Positions 19,281 to 30,181 are shown, numbered from the stretch's first letter. The stretch is 64,000 nt of DNA from Woeseiaceae bacterium (GCA_037968975.1 JBBKWL010000018.1:13303-77302), one strand, 5' to 3'. The notes: generated by a model from the sequence alone, not told the origin. A program made the numbers and translations.

Positions 19281-20339
19281 ATGTCCCTCCGAAAAATCAG
19301 CCTGAACTATCGCCTCCGAATCGCGTTCGCAGCATTTGCCGCAGCCTTGCTATTTGGATCCCTGAATGCGTTTTCGCAAAGCAGTTCACCGCTGGCCGAC
19401 GATCATCCGGACGAATATACCGTCCAGGTGGGCGACACACTGTGGGACATCGCTGCAACCTTCCTCAAAGACCCATGGTATTGGCCCGAAATCTGGTACA
19501 TCAACCCGGAAATCGCGAATCCACACCTTATATATCCCGGCGATGTGCTCGGATTGGTCTATGTCGAAGGCCGCCAGATGGTAGCGCCGATACGCGCATC
19601 CTCGTACCGCCTGTCGCCTGAGGCCCGCGCTACGCCTCTGACTGAGGCGGTTACGAGCGTCGCTTATGAAGACATCGCCGCATTTCTTTCAACCGGCGCT
19701 GTGTTGCAGAAGGATCAGATCGACCAACTTCCGTACCTGCTCGCTTCTCGTGGCGATCACCTCATCGCTGCCGCTGGCAACACCGTTTACATTCGCCGCA
19801 ACACCAGCGACGAACTCGGACAGCGATTCAATATCGTCAAGGTTGGTGATGAACTGATCGACCCCGACTCCGACAAAGTTATCGGTTATCAGGCGGCTGT
19901 GGTCGCTTCAGGTACATTGCGTCGCGGCGGTGATCCGGCAACGATGGCGATTACTGAATCCACGATGGAAGCGAAACAGGGTGATCTCCTGATTCCGATT
20001 GATAACGCCCTGCCGCTGAACTTCTTCCCGAAAGCCCCTTCGAGCCAAATCGATGGCCGCATTATCGCGGTGGTCGGTGGCGTCAGCCAGATCGGCCAGT
20101 ACATGGTCGTTGTCATGAACCGCGGTACCAGCGACGGCCTGAGCATCGGCGACGTTCTGACTGTATTCCAGGACGGGCCTGAAGTGGCGGACCATGTCGA
20201 AGGCGGCACGGTCAAGCTCCCGGACGAATCCGCCGGCACCGTAATGGTCTTCAAGACGTTTGGCGACATCAGCTATGGCCTGGTAATGGAAGCAACCACA
20301 GCGATTCATAACTACGATCACGTGCGCAATCCGATCTAG
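19281..20339 (+). CDS. LysM peptidoglycan-binding protein (TsaP-like, conserved divergent neighbour of def)
   Basis: Start moved to ATG 19281 (MSLRKISLN..., signal peptide). LysM motif YTVQVGDTLWDIAATFLKDPWYWPEIW. Same position as the LysM gene next to def/dprA in Pseudomonas. Confidence 0.75.
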   Translation: MSLRKISLNYRLRIAFAAFAAALLFGSLNAFSQSSSPLADDHPDEYTVQVGDTLWDIAATFLKDPWYWPEIWYINPEIANPHLIYPGDVLGLVYVEGRQMVAPIRASSYRLSPEARATPLTEAVTSVAYEDIAAFLSTGAVLQKDQIDQLPYLLASRGDHLIAAAGNTVYIRRNTSDELGQRFNIVKVGDELIDPDSDKVIGYQAAVVASGTLRRGGDPATMAITESTMEAKQGDLLIPIDNALPLNFFPKAPSSQIDGRIIAVVGGVSQIGQYMVVVMNRGTSDGLSIGDVLTVFQDGPEVADHVEGGTVKLPDESAGTVMVFKTFGDISYGLVMEATTAIHNYDHVRNPI

Positions 20340-20362
20340 TCGAGAATCGATCTGCTTTAGAG

Positions 20363-20390
20363 AACGGCGCCTGCGGGCGCCGTTTTTATT
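20363..20390 (+). terminator. Rho-independent terminator after the LysM gene
   Basis: aacggcgcc-tgcg-ggcgccgtt followed by ttttatt. Confidence 0.75.
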
Positions 20391-20465
20391 GGCCTGACCG
20401 AATTACTGGGCACCGGTTGAAGGCACACCGCTGTATCATTCGTACTCAACTCTGCGAGCACAGCG

Positions 20466-21398
20466 ATGAGCACAGTGACAGGCGCAACCGACGACGACCT
20501 TTGGCAGGCAGGCCCGCGGCATCGGATCATTCCGCACGGCGATGCAGACTTCCCGCAGTTGCTCGGCGAGATCAGCAATCCACCACACTTATTATATGTA
20601 GACGGCGACCCGGAGATTTTGCATCTGCCCGCGCTGGCAATCGTTGGCAGCCGCAACCCCACCAAGGGCGGCGAACGCAATGCCTACGAGTTTGCGCGCC
20701 ACCTCGCTAGCGTCGGCTTTACGATTGTTAGCGGTCTCGCCCAGGGCATCGATACGGCTGCACATCGCGGCGCGCTCGCGGCCGGCGGCAAGACCATCGC
20801 CTTCCTCGGCCATGGTATCGACCGCATCTACCCGGCCAGCAACCACGGACTCGCGAAGGAAATTGCCGCGAGCGGCGCGCTGGTCAGCGAGTTTCCGCTC
20901 GGCACTCATCCGGGCAAGGAGCATTTTCCACAACGGAATCGCCTGATTAGCGGGTTGAGCCTCGGTACGCTGGTCGTTGAGGCCGCCCGGCGCAGCGGTT
21001 CGCTGATCACGGCACGGCTTGCGGCGGAACAGGGTCGGGAAGTCTTTGCGTTGCCGGGTTCTATCCATAATCCACTCGCGCGCGGCTGCCACGAGTTAAT
21101 TCGGCAAGGCGCCAAGCTGGTGGAAACCAGCGATGACATCGTCAACGAACTGGCACCGCTCGCCGGGCAACTCCTGCAAAACACAATGGAATCAACGAGC
21201 AAGGAAACCGCGGTGGAATCGCTCGACAAAGAATATGTTCAACTGCGCAATTCCATGGGTCACGACCCTGTGAGCATCGATCAGCTGGCAGAAAATTCCG
21301 GATTGACGATCGACCAGGTTTCCTCCATGCTTCTGATTCTGGAGCTCCATGGGGAGATTGAATCCTTGTCCGGCGGACGATACTCGCTGTTGAGTTAG
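20466..21398 (+). CDS. dprA: DNA-processing protein DprA/Smf
   Basis: Rossmann-like core IVGSRNPT..GGE.A...A..L...G.TIVSGLAQGIDTAAHRGAL. An in-frame TGA at 20418-20420 limits any N-terminal extension, so this is a short (310 aa) form. Confidence 0.9.
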   Translation: MSTVTGATDDDLWQAGPRHRIIPHGDADFPQLLGEISNPPHLLYVDGDPEILHLPALAIVGSRNPTKGGERNAYEFARHLASVGFTIVSGLAQGIDTAAHRGALAAGGKTIAFLGHGIDRIYPASNHGLAKEIAASGALVSEFPLGTHPGKEHFPQRNRLISGLSLGTLVVEAARRSGSLITARLAAEQGREVFALPGSIHNPLARGCHELIRQGAKLVETSDDIVNELAPLAGQLLQNTMESTSKETAVESLDKEYVQLRNSMGHDPVSIDQLAENSGLTIDQVSSMLLILELHGEIESLSGGRYSLLS

Positions 21399-21438
21399 GC
21401 ACTTCACGGAACCAGAAACTGAAGGAGCAGCTCCAGGC

Positions 21439-21915
21439 ATGAAAGAAAATGTACTCGACGTACTAATGTACCTGTTCGAAACTTACGTCGACACCGAAGA
21501 AGAACCCGAAGCCGATCACAATGAACTGCGCGACGAACTCGCGCGAGCAGGTTTTGGCGACCCTGAAATAGACCGGGCGCTCGAATGGCTGGACGGTCTT
21601 ACCGAACATCAGGACAACTTCCCATACCACGCTCAGACGGCGCACGGGACTCGCATTTACAGCGACTTCGAGCACGAACGTCTGGATTCAGCCTGTCGCG
21701 GATATATCACCTATCTCGAGCAGATCGGCATCCTGACACCGCCAGGACGGGAGATTCTCGTCGATCGATTATTGGCGCTGGAGTCGGCTGATATCGACGT
21801 TGAACAGATCAAATGGGTGGTACTCATGGTGCTCTTCAGCCAACCCGGCCAAGAGCTTGCCTATGCCAGAATGGAAGACCTGGTGTTCGAAGAAAGTACC
21901 GGCTCAATTCATTGA
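21439..21915 (+). CDS. smg: Smg protein (DUF494)
   Basis: MKENVLDVLMYLFETY...; conserved dprA-smg adjacency. Confidence 0.85.
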   Translation: MKENVLDVLMYLFETYVDTEEEPEADHNELRDELARAGFGDPEIDRALEWLDGLTEHQDNFPYHAQTAHGTRIYSDFEHERLDSACRGYITYLEQIGILTPPGREILVDRLLALESADIDVEQIKWVVLMVLFSQPGQELAYARMEDLVFEESTGSIH

Positions 21916-21947
21916 CAACTTGACACGCTGCTGTGAAGCACGTAATT

Positions 21948-21980
21948 AAACCGCGGCATCGTCCGCGGTTTTTCATTTTT
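21948..21980 (+). terminator. Hairpin plus T-tract after smg
   Basis: aaccgcgg-catcgt-ccgcggtt followed by tttcattttt. Confidence 0.65.
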
Positions 21981-21994
21981 GGGTAACGCTCTCT

Positions 21995-24421
21995 ATGGCT
22001 AAGAATCTCGTCATCGTCGAATCGCCTGCCAAGGCGAAGACCATCGAGAAGTATCTGGGTAAAGACTTCGAGGTCCTTGCGTCGTATGGACACGTCCGCG
22101 ACCTGGTGCCAAAAGAAGGTGCTGTCGATACTGAAAACGGTTTCGGCATGAAGTACCAGATCATCGAGCGCAACGAGAAACACGTTAAGGCGATTATGCG
22201 CTCGCTGAAAAAAGCCGATGCTTTGTACCTCGCAACTGACCCCGATCGCGAAGGCGAGGCCATATCCTGGCATCTGGTTGAGCTACTCAAAGAAAAGAAA
22301 GCTCTGGACAACAAGGACGTACACCGCGTCGTCTTTCACGAAATCACCAAGACGGCCGTAAAAGACGCAGTCGCGAACCCTCGCGGCATTTCCTCAGATC
22401 TGGTCGGCGCGCAACAAGCTCGCCGGGCACTCGACTACCTGGTCGGATTTAATCTTTCGCCATTGTTGTGGAAGAAGGTGCAGCGCGGTTTGTCAGCGGG
22501 TCGCGTGCAAAGTCCGGCATTGCGCATGATAGTTGAACGTGAGCTTGAGATCGAAGCGTTCAAGCCGCGTGAATACTGGAGTATCGAGGCTGACGTCAGC
22601 AAACAGGAACAGCCTTTCCTCTCGCGCCTGGTCTCTTACAAAGGCGAGAAAGTTGAGCAATTTAGTTTCGAAAACGAAACGACAGCCCGCGAGGTCGAAA
22701 AGACTGTTGTCGAGGCCGCCGACGGTGAACTCACCGCGGTAAGCATCAGCAAGAAACAGCGCCGTCGCAACCCTACAGCACCGTTTACGACCTCGACTTT
22801 GCAACAGGAGTCGTCGCGCAAACTTGGATTTAACACGCAGTGGACCATGCGCGTTGCTCAGAAATTGTACGAAGGCATCGAGATCCCGGGCGAAGGCCAG
22901 GTCGGACTGATTACCTACATGCGTACTGACTCGGTGACCCTGGCAGACGTCGCAGTTGCCGAGATTCGCGAGTTAATCGCCGAACGGTATGGCGCGGACA
23001 ACGTTCCTGAGGAACCGCGGACCTTCAAAACCAAGGCCAAGAACGCACAAGAGGCCCACGAGGCGATTCGACCAACGTCGGTTCGGCATACCCCCGAGTC
23101 GTTGAAAGATTCGCTGGACGAAGATCAGTTTCGCCTCTATTCGCTCATTTGGAAGCGCACCATGGCCTGCCAGATGGTGCCAGCGGTGTTTGACACCGTT
23201 GCGATTGAACTGGCGGCAGGTGACCCTGACGCCGGGCATCGCTTTCGTGCCAACGGTTCCGTCATGGTCGAGCCCGGCTTTATGGCCGTTTATAAAGAGG
23301 GTCAGGACGACGGAGCGAAAGACGATGATGGCGACCGGCTGCTGCCGGAAGTCCTCGAGGGCGATGTCATCAAACTTGATGAATTGCGCGCCGACCAGCA
23401 TTTCACTGACCCGCCGCCGCGATTTACAGAAGCCAGCCTCGTCAAGACGCTGGAAGAGTATGGCATCGGTCGTCCGTCGACCTATGCGAGCATTATCGCC
23501 ACGCTGAAAAATCGCGAGTACGTCGAGATCGAGAGCAAGCGTTTCTATCCAACGGACATTGCACGTATCGTGATCGGTTTTTTGACTGAACATTTTCTTC
23601 AGTATGTCGACTACGACTTCACGGCCAATCTCGAAGACGAGTTGGATGCCGTCTCGCTCGGCGAGAAGGACTGGGTGCCGGTGCTCGAAAACTTCTGGAC
23701 GCCATTCAAGGAACTGTGTGTCGACAAGGAAGAGTCGGTCAGTCGCGAGCAGGTCGCACAGGCCCGCGAGCTTGGTGTACACCCCAAGAGTGGCAAACCG
23801 ATGACCGTACGCATGGGACGCTATGGCCCGTTCGTACAAATCGGCACCAAAGACGACGAAGAAAAGCCGAAGTTCGCCGGCTTGCGTCCGGGTCAGAAGA
23901 TGAACGACATCACCATGGAAGATGCGCTCGAACTCTTCAAGCTGCCGCGCAAGCTGGGCGAAACAGACGATGGTCTGGCAGTGTCTGCCAGCGTCGGTCG
24001 CTTTGGTCCATATGTTCGCTACGGCGACAAGTATGTATCGATGAAGGAAGACGATCCGTATACCGTCGAGTTGCCGCGGGCACTCGAGCTCATCGAAGCC
24101 AAAAAGATTGAAGACGCGGCTCGCCTCATCCTCGACTTTGAGGAGCAGGGCATTCAGGTTCTGAATGGCCGTTATGGTCCGTACATCACCAACAAAGAGA
24201 AAAACGCCCGTGTGCCGAAAGATCGCGAGCCGAAAACTCTAACGCTCGAAGAATGCATCGAGTTACTTGCTGCTGCACCAGTGCGCGGCAAACGCGGCAA
24301 GAAGAAAGCCAAAAAGAAGACGGCAGAGAAAAAGCCCGCCAAGAAGAAAGCTAAAAAGAAGGCCAGGAAAAAGGCTAAGAAAAAAGCCAAGAAAAAGACC
24401 ACGAAGAAAACCGAGGAATAA
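21995..24421 (+). CDS. topA: DNA topoisomerase I (zinc-ribbon-free C-terminal repeats and a Lys-rich tail)
   Basis: Toprim LVIVESPAKAKTIEKYLG, active-site Tyr in GLITYMRTDS, three G(R)(Y/F)GP(F/Y) C-terminal repeats, and the tail KRGKKKAKKKTAEKKPAKKKAKKKARKKAKKKAKKKTTKK. Confidence 0.95.
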   Translation: MAKNLVIVESPAKAKTIEKYLGKDFEVLASYGHVRDLVPKEGAVDTENGFGMKYQIIERNEKHVKAIMRSLKKADALYLATDPDREGEAISWHLVELLKEKKALDNKDVHRVVFHEITKTAVKDAVANPRGISSDLVGAQQARRALDYLVGFNLSPLLWKKVQRGLSAGRVQSPALRMIVERELEIEAFKPREYWSIEADVSKQEQPFLSRLVSYKGEKVEQFSFENETTAREVEKTVVEAADGELTAVSISKKQRRRNPTAPFTTSTLQQESSRKLGFNTQWTMRVAQKLYEGIEIPGEGQVGLITYMRTDSVTLADVAVAEIRELIAERYGADNVPEEPRTFKTKAKNAQEAHEAIRPTSVRHTPESLKDSLDEDQFRLYSLIWKRTMACQMVPAVFDTVAIELAAGDPDAGHRFRANGSVMVEPGFMAVYKEGQDDGAKDDDGDRLLPEVLEGDVIKLDELRADQHFTDPPPRFTEASLVKTLEEYGIGRPSTYASIIATLKNREYVEIESKRFYPTDIARIVIGFLTEHFLQYVDYDFTANLEDELDAVSLGEKDWVPVLENFWTPFKELCVDKEESVSREQVAQARELGVHPKSGKPMTVRMGRYGPFVQIGTKDDEEKPKFAGLRPGQKMNDITMEDALELFKLPRKLGETDDGLAVSASVGRFGPYVRYGDKYVSMKEDDPYTVELPRALELIEAKKIEDAARLILDFEEQGIQVLNGRYGPYITNKEKNARVPKDREPKTLTLEECIELLAAAPVRGKRGKKKAKKKTAEKKPAKKKAKKKARKKAKKKAKKKTTKKTEE

Positions 24422-24430
24422 GTCGCCGGC

Positions 24431-24970
24431 ATGAATCAATTCATCTCCCGAGCTTCTGATGTCCTGCTCGCCGGAGGTGTAATTACCTGCCCCACGGAGG
24501 GCGTTTTCGGCCTTAGCTGTATGCCGGACAACTCGGCGGCGGTACTTCGACTGCTTGAGATCAAACAAAGAGATGCCGCGAAAGGCTTGATCCTGATTGC
24601 GGCATCGAAACAGCAGCTGCGCGAGTGGATAGGGGTATCGCCGGACCACATCCCGGACCCGCGAACAGAGCAGGTCATCACCTGGATCGTTCCTGCCGCA
24701 GAGGGAATATCGGAACTGGTACGCGGTGACCATGCCGGCATCGCCGTGCGTATTACGATCAACCCAACTGCGCGCGCGCTTTGCGAAGCCGTGGGTTCTC
24801 CATTGATTTCAACCAGCGCCAACACTGCGGGGGAGGCAAGCATTACTGACAGCGATGTCCTTCGCCGCAAGTTTGTCGGGAGTGTAGACTATATCCTCCC
24901 CGGCGAATGCGGGCCTGCACATGGTCCTTCCGAAATAATCGACCTGGCATCAGGCAAGCGGCTGCGATAA
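24431..24970 (+). CDS. tsaC: L-threonylcarbamoyladenylate synthase, YrdC/TsaC type
   Basis: 179 aa. [14 protein letters not shown]...[17 protein letters not shown]...; conserved position next to hemF/aroE/dprA. Confidence 0.85.
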   Translation: MNQFISRASDVLLAGGVITCPTEGVFGLSCMPDNSAAVLRLLEIKQRDAAKGLILIAASKQQLREWIGVSPDHIPDPRTEQVITWIVPAAEGISELVRGDHAGIAVRITINPTARALCEAVGSPLISTSANTAGEASITDSDVLRRKFVGSVDYILPGECGPAHGPSEIIDLASGKRLR

Positions 24971-24974
24971 CACG

Positions 24975-25895
24975 ATGAATGAACTCGATCAGGTAAAGGA
25001 CTATCTGCAGTCGTTGCAGAGCCGCATTGTCGCGAAGCTGGAACAACTGGACGGCAAGCAGACGTTTGGCCGCGATGCATGGCAACGACCTGCGGGCGGT
25101 GGTGGTCTCAGTTGTATTCTGAGTGACGGCGACGTCTTCGAGCAGGCCGGCGTCGGTTACTCGCATGTGTTTGGCAACGAATTGCCACCATCCGCGACTA
25201 AAGCAAGGCCGGACCTGGCCGGGCAAAGTTTTCAGGCATTGGGCGTGTCACTGGTGATTCATCCGCAGAATCCCTACGTACCGACCACGCATGCCAACTT
25301 ACGCTACTTCTCAGCAGGTGACCCGGATGCCGGGCCCGTAGCCTGGTGGTTTGGCGGCGGCTTTGACCTGACTCCGTATTACGCATTTCCGGAAGATGTG
25401 GTGCATTGGCACCAGGTCGCCAAGAGCGCCTGCGACCCGTTCGGTGACGAAGTGTATGCGCGCTACAAGAAATGGTGCGATGAATATTTTTATTTGCGAC
25501 ACCGTGATGAGACGCGTGGCGTTGGCGGCTTGTTCTTCGATGATGTGAATAAGGGCGGCTTTGAGAAGAGCTTTGATTTTTTGCGCTCCGTTGGCGATAG
25601 CTTCCTGCCCGCGTACACCCCTATCGTCAAAAAACGAAGCAGTCACCCTTACGGAGAGCGCCAGCGTGAGTTTCAACTTTACCGTCGTGGCCGCTACGTT
25701 GAGTTCAATCTCATTTATGATCGCGGCACAATTTTCGGTTTGCAGTCCGGCGGGCGCACCGAGTCGATCCTGATGTCGCTGCCGCCACGAGTCCGCTGGG
25801 AGTACGGCTGGCAGCCGGACCCAGGCTCCGCGGAAGAAAAATTGTATACCGATTATCTCCACCCCAGAGACTGGCTCGGGGAGAGCTCCCAGTGA
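24975..25895 (+). CDS. hemF: Oxygen-dependent coproporphyrinogen-III oxidase
   Basis: [45 protein letters not shown]. Confidence 0.95.
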   Translation: MNELDQVKDYLQSLQSRIVAKLEQLDGKQTFGRDAWQRPAGGGGLSCILSDGDVFEQAGVGYSHVFGNELPPSATKARPDLAGQSFQALGVSLVIHPQNPYVPTTHANLRYFSAGDPDAGPVAWWFGGGFDLTPYYAFPEDVVHWHQVAKSACDPFGDEVYARYKKWCDEYFYLRHRDETRGVGGLFFDDVNKGGFEKSFDFLRSVGDSFLPAYTPIVKKRSSHPYGERQREFQLYRRGRYVEFNLIYDRGTIFGLQSGGRTESILMSLPPRVRWEYGWQPDPGSAEEKLYTDYLHPRDWLGESSQ

Positions 25896-25960
25896 GGAAT
25901 GACCCGGTCACAGATCTTGCTGCGGTTCTCTTTTTCAGGCACGAATGGTAACGTCGAACG

Positions 25961-26521
25961 ATGTCATGGATCGAGGAAATAGAGGTAAGCGAAGCCGACG
26001 GTAAGCTGGCGCAGATTTATGCGGAGCTAATCAAGAAGCGCGGCAAAGTCGCCAACATCCTGCAGGTTCATAGTCTGAATCCGGAAGCGATGTCGAATCA
26101 TGTCGATTTGTACATGACGCTTATGTTTGGCAAGTCCGGGTTGAGTCGCGCCGAGCGCGAAGCGATCGCAGTCGTCGTTTCTGCAACGAACGAGTGCCCT
26201 TACTGTGTCAGTCATCATGCCGAAGCGCTGCAACGCTACGTAAAAGGTGACGTTCTCAAAATGCTGGTGGAGGCTGACGGGCTGGAAACTCTGGAACCGC
26301 GGCTCAGCAATATCGTTCGTCACGCGGAGAAATTAACCTCGGCGCCCGGCGCGATGACTGATATCGACCTGGGTGAGCTGCGCGCTGTCGAGCTTAGCGA
26401 CCGCGACATACTCGATATCACCTTGATTGTCTCGTACTTCAATTTCGTCAATCGGATCGCTCTGGGTCTTGGCGTCACGTATTCTGCCGACGAGATCGCT
26501 GGCTACAAAAACGACGAATGA
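25961..26521 (+). CDS. Carboxymuconolactone decarboxylase / AhpD-like peroxidase-related protein
   Basis: CMD-family CxxC motif NECPYCVSHH. 186 aa. Confidence 0.75.
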   Translation: MSWIEEIEVSEADGKLAQIYAELIKKRGKVANILQVHSLNPEAMSNHVDLYMTLMFGKSGLSRAEREAIAVVVSATNECPYCVSHHAEALQRYVKGDVLKMLVEADGLETLEPRLSNIVRHAEKLTSAPGAMTDIDLGELRAVELSDRDILDITLIVSYFNFVNRIALGLGVTYSADEIAGYKNDE

Positions 26522-29500
26522 AACTTATGCCACTAGCGACGTTCCTCCTGCTGCTCGCCGGCACGGCAGGTGCTGCTGGAGAGTCGGACCTGCGTCATGC
26601 GGGTAGTCTTGGTGGCATCAGGCTGGCAGAAAGCGAAGAACCCGCCGCACGCAAGGTTTATATCGTGCAACTCAGCGCGCCGTCTGCTGCCGACTTTGAT
26701 GCAAAGATGCGACCGCTCGCGTACAAGACCGGCCCCGGACGCAAACGCTTTGATAAGTCCAGTGCAACGGTTCAGGCGTATGCCGCACGCCTCGCTGCTG
26801 ACCAGGACGAAACCCTGCTAAAAGCCGGTCCCGGGGCAGAATTGGTATATCGCTACCAGTACGGTCTGAACGGATTCGCAGCGAGCATGCATCCATCGCA
26901 GGCACATAAGCTTGCGAGTCTTCCTGAAGTTTTGCAGGTTTGGGAGGATGAAATCCGACCTTTGACCACGGATCAAAGCCTCCGGTTTCTCGATCTTTTC
27001 GAGCCTGAAACCGGTTTGCGCGGTGCGCCCGGGCTCGACGGCGACGGTATTGTCATTGCAATGATCGACAGCGGTATCGCACCGGAGCACCCGGCGCTGC
27101 AGGACACCCGCGAAGCCGACCGCCCGAGCATGTGCCAGAGCGACTGGGCGGAGAATACGTTGCTTGGCAAGTGGCTGTGTCATCGCTTTGAGAAACGCGA
27201 AGACGAGGTCGTCTTCACACCACTCGAAGGTTGGACCGGCGAGTGCCAGGTTGGTGAAGAATTCGAAGCAAGCGACTGCAACAACAAGATAATTGGCGCG
27301 CGCTTTTTCTCGGCTGGTGCCGAAGCGACCGGTCCGATTGATCCAGGCGAGATCATGTCCGCACGGGACGTTGACGGGCACGGCACACACACGGCAACCA
27401 CAGCCGCGGGTAATCGCGTCAGAGCGTCGATCTTCAATACCTTCATCGGCCGTATTGAGGGTGTCGCTCCCGCTGCGCGAATCTCGGTTTACAAGGCCTG
27501 CTGGCTGCGCCCTGGAGACACTCGCGCCAGCTGCAACACTTCCGACCTGGCCAATGCAATTGATGCCGCAGTCGCTGACGGTGTGGACATCATCAACTAC
27601 TCGGTTGGCAGTTCGATGACCCGGATCACCGCGCCGGATGACATTGCCTTGATGGCCGCCACCAAGGCCGGCGTGTTTACCGTCGTCGCTGCCGGCAATG
27701 ATGGTCCCGATTTCGACACCATCGGCTCACCCGCAGGCGGGCCTTGGGTTATTACGGCTGCAGCATCAACGCGCGACGGAAAGTCGTCGTCTGAAGCGCT
27801 GGAAATCAAGACACCGGCCAGCATTGCTGGCCTGTACGTGGCGCGCGAAGCCAATTTCACGCCCGAGCTGCAAACAGCCGGGCCGATTGAAGGCAGCCTC
27901 GTGCTCGCTGACGATGACACCGGTACAACATCTGACGCGTGTGAAGAGTTAGTTAATGGCAACGAGATCTCCGGCAAGATCGCGTTCGTACAACGCGGCA
28001 ACTGCGAGTTCGAAATCAAGATCGCAAACGCAGATGCTGCCGGTGCGATAGCCGTTGTTGTGTACAACATCGCCGGCGACCCGATCGTCATGACGGGCGA
28101 CGAAGGCAGTGCCGACATTCCCGCGGTGATGATCGGTCAGGCCGACGGCAATCTGATACTCGCTGAGCTCGACAATGGTGTCGACGTCACTGTTTTGTTG
28201 GACAAGAGCCTGTTCCTGGATGAGAACGACACCGGCAACCGCATGGCGTCGTTTTCTTCGCGTGGCCTGGGTCCGGTGCCGGATCTGCTAAAGCCCGACG
28301 TGACAGCGCCAGGTGTCAACATACTCGCCGGCTTTACACCCGATGCGGTTAACGCAACCCGGGGCGAAAACTTCGCTTACCTTTCGGGCACGTCGATGTC
28401 CACGCCGCACGTTGCCGGTGTTGCGGCATTACTATTGCAGGCCAATCCGGACTGGAGTCCGTCGGCACTGAAATCCTCCCTGATGACCACAGCACGTCAG
28501 AATTTGACGTTGGATGACGGCGAGACAGACGCCACGCCGTTCAACTTCGGCGCCGGGCACATCGTACCCAATGACGCGATCGACCCGGGCCTTGTCTATG
28601 ACGTAAGCGACGATGAGTTCGATGCCTTCGGCTGTGGCATCGCCTCGCCCGCCGTTTCTCCAGAGCGCTGCGACGAACTGGAGCAGGCGGGATTTTCGTT
28701 TGCCGCTGAGGACCTCAACCAGCCGTCGATTGCCATTGCGAACCTGGCCGGCGAACAAACCGTCCGGCGTCATGTGACCAACGTAAGCGATGCATCGACC
28801 ACGTATACAGCAGAAGTCTCTGCGCCATCCGGAGTGAGCGTCAGCGTGGTGCCGCCCAGTATCACGGTCGCACCTGGCGCTACCGCAAGCTTCGATGTTG
28901 TATTTCAATTCGAATCGGGCCCGATCGACTTGTGGCGCTTCGGCTCTCTGACCTGGACCAGCAACGACCGTGATGTGTATAGCGCGTTAGCTGTGCGGCC
29001 TGCGTCCGTTACGGCGCCAGGAGAAATAACTGCGCTGGGGACCAGTGGCTCCTTGTCGTTCGAAGCGGAGTTTGGCTACACCGGTGCGTATTCGCCCGGC
29101 GTACATGGTTTACGACTGCCCGTTGTCATCGGCGACAACGTCAACGACACCGCGGATAACAATTTCAGCTTCGTTGACAACGACCCAAGCAAGACCTTCT
29201 CGTTTCGATTCGACAACGGCGTAACCGCACATCTGGTGGATCTGGCGGCCAATCAGATTTTTCTGCGCTTGGCGTTGTTCGACACTCTGACGGATGGGGA
29301 TGACGACCTGGACATGTACGTCTACTACTGTGCCGACCTCATCAACTGTGTTTTGATCGGCGAAAGCGGTGAGCCAACCTCACAGGAAGAATTTAATCTG
29401 TTCAATCCTGACGCCGGGCGCTACCTGGTTCTCGTGCATGGCTTTGAGACTGACGAGATCAGCGGCGGACCTGGTTCGATCTATCGACTTCTTGGTTGGT

Positions 29501-29688
29501 CGCTCGGGCGCGTCGATGACCCCGGCAACATGACTGTAAGTGGTCCTTCATTCGTCAACCCCGCTACGACCGGGACAATTACAGTTGACTGGAACGGATT
29601 GCTGACAGAGACCATTTACCTGGGCGGGATCTCCCACAATACACCGCAGGGTATTTCCGCATTCACGCTGATTCGGATCGCTAACTAG
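26518..29688 (+). CDS. Secreted S8 subtilisin-family serine protease with I9 propeptide and inserted PA domain
   Basis: 1056 aa. Signal peptide, then triad motifs AMIDSGI (D), HGTHTATTAAG (H) and GTSMSTPHVAGVAALL (S). A PA-like insert lies between the H and S motifs, followed by a long C-terminal beta-rich extension. The ATG overlaps the upstream stop (ATGA). Confidence 0.9.
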   Translation: MKLMPLATFLLLLAGTAGAAGESDLRHAGSLGGIRLAESEEPAARKVYIVQLSAPSAADFDAKMRPLAYKTGPGRKRFDKSSATVQAYAARLAADQDETLLKAGPGAELVYRYQYGLNGFAASMHPSQAHKLASLPEVLQVWEDEIRPLTTDQSLRFLDLFEPETGLRGAPGLDGDGIVIAMIDSGIAPEHPALQDTREADRPSMCQSDWAENTLLGKWLCHRFEKREDEVVFTPLEGWTGECQVGEEFEASDCNNKIIGARFFSAGAEATGPIDPGEIMSARDVDGHGTHTATTAAGNRVRASIFNTFIGRIEGVAPAARISVYKACWLRPGDTRASCNTSDLANAIDAAVADGVDIINYSVGSSMTRITAPDDIALMAATKAGVFTVVAAGNDGPDFDTIGSPAGGPWVITAAASTRDGKSSSEALEIKTPASIAGLYVAREANFTPELQTAGPIEGSLVLADDDTGTTSDACEELVNGNEISGKIAFVQRGNCEFEIKIANADAAGAIAVVVYNIAGDPIVMTGDEGSADIPAVMIGQADGNLILAELDNGVDVTVLLDKSLFLDENDTGNRMASFSSRGLGPVPDLLKPDVTAPGVNILAGFTPDAVNATRGENFAYLSGTSMSTPHVAGVAALLLQANPDWSPSALKSSLMTTARQNLTLDDGETDATPFNFGAGHIVPNDAIDPGLVYDVSDDEFDAFGCGIASPAVSPERCDELEQAGFSFAAEDLNQPSIAIANLAGEQTVRRHVTNVSDASTTYTAEVSAPSGVSVSVVPPSITVAPGATASFDVVFQFESGPIDLWRFGSLTWTSNDRDVYSALAVRPASVTAPGEITALGTSGSLSFEAEFGYTGAYSPGVHGLRLPVVIGDNVNDTADNNFSFVDNDPSKTFSFRFDNGVTAHLVDLAANQIFLRLALFDTLTDGDDDLDMYVYYCADLINCVLIGESGEPTSQEEFNLFNPDAGRYLVLVHGFETDEISGGPGSIYRLLGWSLGRVDDPGNMTVSGPSFVNPATTGTITVDWNGLLTETIYLGGISHNTPQGISAFTLIRIAN

Positions 29689-29697
29689 TCCGGGAAA

Positions 29698-30135
29698 TCA
29701 ACTTAGCCAGCCGCGATTCTTCGTTACGCGTGCGTACAACAGCAGCGCGATGCCGATAACAAATACCATCGACGGAATGATCAGGCTGCTGACACCCACA
29801 ATACCGTATGCATCTCTAAGAACGAACGCGTCGACATCCTGCGCGACAATTGCCAGCAGCGAAATTATGAACATGGGTATGGCCCAGGTCTTGCGCAACA
29901 GCAGGAACAGACTACCCAGCACGCCCGCGTTGACCGCAATCGCGAAAGCAGCGGTCGCCCAGGTCGGGGTGCCAATGAAAAATTCTTGTTGCGCCTCGGT
30001 CAGCGCCGCAAGCGCCTCAGGTGTAATCGTCACCTGTCCGATATAGAAAACCAGTCCGATCAGGTTCCAGACCAGCGCCGCGGCACTGATAATCCAGAAA
30101 TTGGTGCTCGGCTTGCCATTGATAATGTCCGACAT
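29698..30135 (-). CDS. Four-TM membrane protein (hypothetical)
   Basis: I start it at MSDIINGKPSTNFWIISAAALVW (ATG is rc of 30133-30135). The 241-aa version in the track would overlap tag. Confidence 0.6.
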   Translation of the reverse strand: MSDIINGKPSTNFWIISAAALVWNLIGLVFYIGQVTITPEALAALTEAQQEFFIGTPTWATAAFAIAVNAGVLGSLFLLLRKTWAIPMFIISLLAIVAQDVDAFVLRDAYGIVGVSSLIIPSMVFVIGIALLLYARVTKNRGWLS

Positions 30136-30181
30136 CGTGACCCCCTTTGTTGTTGGCCCTGTCTGCCGGGCCCAAACGAGG

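Noticed and set aside
24290-24421. Purine-rich aag/aaa low-complexity DNA and the antisense ORFs 24172-24432 and 24263-24733
   Set aside because: This is the coding sequence of the TopA poly-Lys tail. The antisense FFLAFFLAFF ORFs are its mirror image.
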